Of a stretch of DNA of 64,000 bases, positions 62,690 through 64,000 are shown piece by piece (the stretch's first letter is position 1; every line of letters starts with the position of its first letter). The DNA lies in contig CAUHAO010000001.1 of NCBI GenBank assembly GCA_959604355.1, positions 779-64,778 of the forward strand. Direction: 5' to 3'. A program made the position numbers and the translations under genes. The stretch comes from an uncultured Eubacteriales bacterium. GTDB lineage: Bacteria > Bacillota > Clostridia > Oscillospirales > UBA644. Under the pieces are notes generated by a model, which searched no databases, had not been told where the DNA came from, and was given only the letters and a program-made list of their open reading frames with translations.

Positions 62690-62835
62690 TTTTTTGTCCT
62701 CCGGTGTTATGCTGTTATATATTGGAATATTTCTTCATTGTTTTCGGAATCTGTCCCTTCATCGCGTGAAGGAGGTTTTTCGGGTTTCAGTTGCCGCAGA
62801 CGTAGAGGCGCAGATATTTACATATGTAATGGGTT

Positions 62836-64000
62836 TTACCGGCTCTTAAGTCTTAGAGAAATTACGGCCTCTATATGAGGCGTGCGGGGGAACATGTCAA
62901 AGGCTTTGAAGGCTTCGGCTTCATATGTTGGCAATGCGGACGGATCGGGAATGTTTTCTCCGTCTGCGGGGATATCCGTAAGACACGGTGCTGTCAGACG
63001 TGCCACATCGCGCGCCTGAGTGTGCGGGTCACAGCTGATGTAGACTATTTTTTCAGGTGCGAGGCGTTTGAGCTGACGTAAAGCGTCGTCGGAAAGCCCT
63101 TTGCGCGGTGGATCGACGATAACTATATTGGGAAGGCTGTTACCTTTACAAGCGTCTGCGATAACGTCGAGTGTGTCCGCGGCATCGGCGGCAAAGAATT
63201 CAGCGTTCTTTATACCGTTGAGCGCGGCGTTTTCCTTTGCGTCTTTTATCGCGTCCGCGACGACCTCAACGCCGATAACGCGCTTGGCAGGCGCATTTGC
63301 GGCGATGCAGAGGGTTATTGAGCCCGTGCCGCAATAGAGGTCGAGGACGGTGTCGTTTTCGGTGATCTGCGCCATGTTGATAGCCTCAGTGTAAAGGTTC
63401 TCGGCTTGCATGGTGTTTATCTGCCAGAACGCCGCCGGGCTGATGCGGAACTTCAGACCGCAGAGCGTGTCTTCTATTTTAGTGTCGCCCCAGAGATGGA
63501 TATATTTGTCGCCGAGGACGGTGTTGCCTACGCGTTTGTTGACGTTGACGTAGACCGCCGCGAGGTCATCGAATTTTTGCAGACGTTTTATTATTTCGTC
63601 TGCGTGCGGCAGGGTGTCCGTGGCGAGGACGAAGCAGACGAGGAGTTTCCCCGAATGTTTCGCGCGCCGCAGATAAAGATGTCTGAAAACGCCCGTGTTG
63701 AAAGCCTCGTTATAGGGTTTGATGTTGTATTGAGCGATAAATTCGCGTACTGTGACGGCTACCTGTTCGAAAAGCTTGTCCTGCAGTACGCACGCGCAGC
63801 CGTCGCAACTGCGGTGACTGTTTGCCGCATAGAACCCGAATTTTCCGTCCGCGGAAAGGGGGTAGAGGACTTTGTTGCGGTAGTATTCGGTTTCGGGCGA
63901 CGGTTCGACGAATGGCGCGGATTCTTCGAAAATGTAAAGCCCCGCTTTTTCGTATGCGTCCGCGACGATTTTTGACTTATATTCAAGTTCTTTTTCGTAT
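62836..64000 (-). CDS. rlmD: 23S rRNA (uracil-C5)-methyltransferase RlmD/RumA family, 5' end beyond the window
   Basis: C-terminal SAM-MTase blocks VLDLYCGTGSITLCIA, VIGVEVVADAIKDAKENAALNG, IVIVDPPRKGL and YISCDPHTQARD. The frame stays open from 63411 to the window end. It encodes ...CDGCACVLQ... (an Fe-S Cys cluster region), so the track entry 62836..63411 is only the part after an internal Met. Confidence 0.85.
   Translation of the reverse strand, partial: YEKELEYKSKIVADAYEKAGLYIFEESAPFVEPSPETEYYRNKVLYPLSADGKFGFYAANSHRSCDGCACVLQDKLFEQVAVTVREFIAQYNIKPYNEAFNTGVFRHLYLRRAKHSGKLLVCFVLATDTLPHADEIIKRLQKFDDLAAVYVNVNKRVGNTVLGDKYIHLWGDTKIEDTLCGLKFRISPAAFWQINTMQAENLYTEAINMAQITENDTVLDLYCGTGSITLCIAANAPAKRVIGVEVVADAIKDAKENAALNGIKNAEFFAADAADTLDVIADACKGNSLPNIVIVDPPRKGLSDDALRQLKRLAPEKIVYISCDPHTQARDVARLTAPCLTDIPADGENIPDPSALPTYEAEAFKAFDMFPRTPHIEAVISLRLKSR

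Noticed and set aside
63406-63975. 189-aa plus-strand ORF at the right edge
   Set aside because: It shares codon phase with, and is antisense to, the open rlmD frame. That frame continues to the window end and carries RumA-type sequence.

Overview
64-kb chromosomal segment, by inference from a spore-forming Firmicute of the class Clostridia. The inference rests on a SigG-type sporulation sigma factor, AddAB, hrcA-grpE-dnaK-dnaJ behind a CIRCE operator, DnaD/DnaI-type helicase loaders and strong GGAGG-type RBSs. Hand counts on 60-nt samples of core genes give about 55-57% G+C. All family calls come from motif recognition by eye; no database search was run. I call about 58 protein-coding genes, one tRNA-Leu(CAG), two pseudogene remnants, one coding tandem repeat and a set of promoters, operators and terminators.

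Layout from left to right:
- (a) A cluster of secreted, C-terminally anchored surface proteins, with tandem paralogues and a decayed third copy.
- (b) Housekeeping genes: pfkB-family kinase, feoA, yfbR, prs, VTC/DUF4956, BlaI/BlaR1-like pair, the heat-shock operon, dnaD/dnaI-like, rlmA, sigG, addBA.
- (c) A decayed copA next to an intact copZ.
- (d) The most interesting part, a tightly packed operon at 35357-46840. It encodes an LDH/MDH-family dehydrogenase, FumC, HdrB/C/A-like proteins, MvhD, two AsrA-like FeS proteins, an AsrB-like NAD(P)H flavoprotein and a soluble FrdB/FrdA-like pair. I interpret it as a candidate NADH-dependent, possibly electron-bifurcating fumarate reductase system.
- (e) A visibly A+T-richer accessory segment of about 8 kb (about 48150-56290). 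It carries a metallophosphoesterase, an OmpR-type response regulator, an intramembrane-sensing histidine kinase, an ABC ATPase, a giant FtsX permease, SanA and VanY.
- (f) hemW-lepA, ptsH, uvrC, a DUF362 protein and a 5'-truncated rlmD at the right edge.

No CRISPR array, transposase or integrase was seen.
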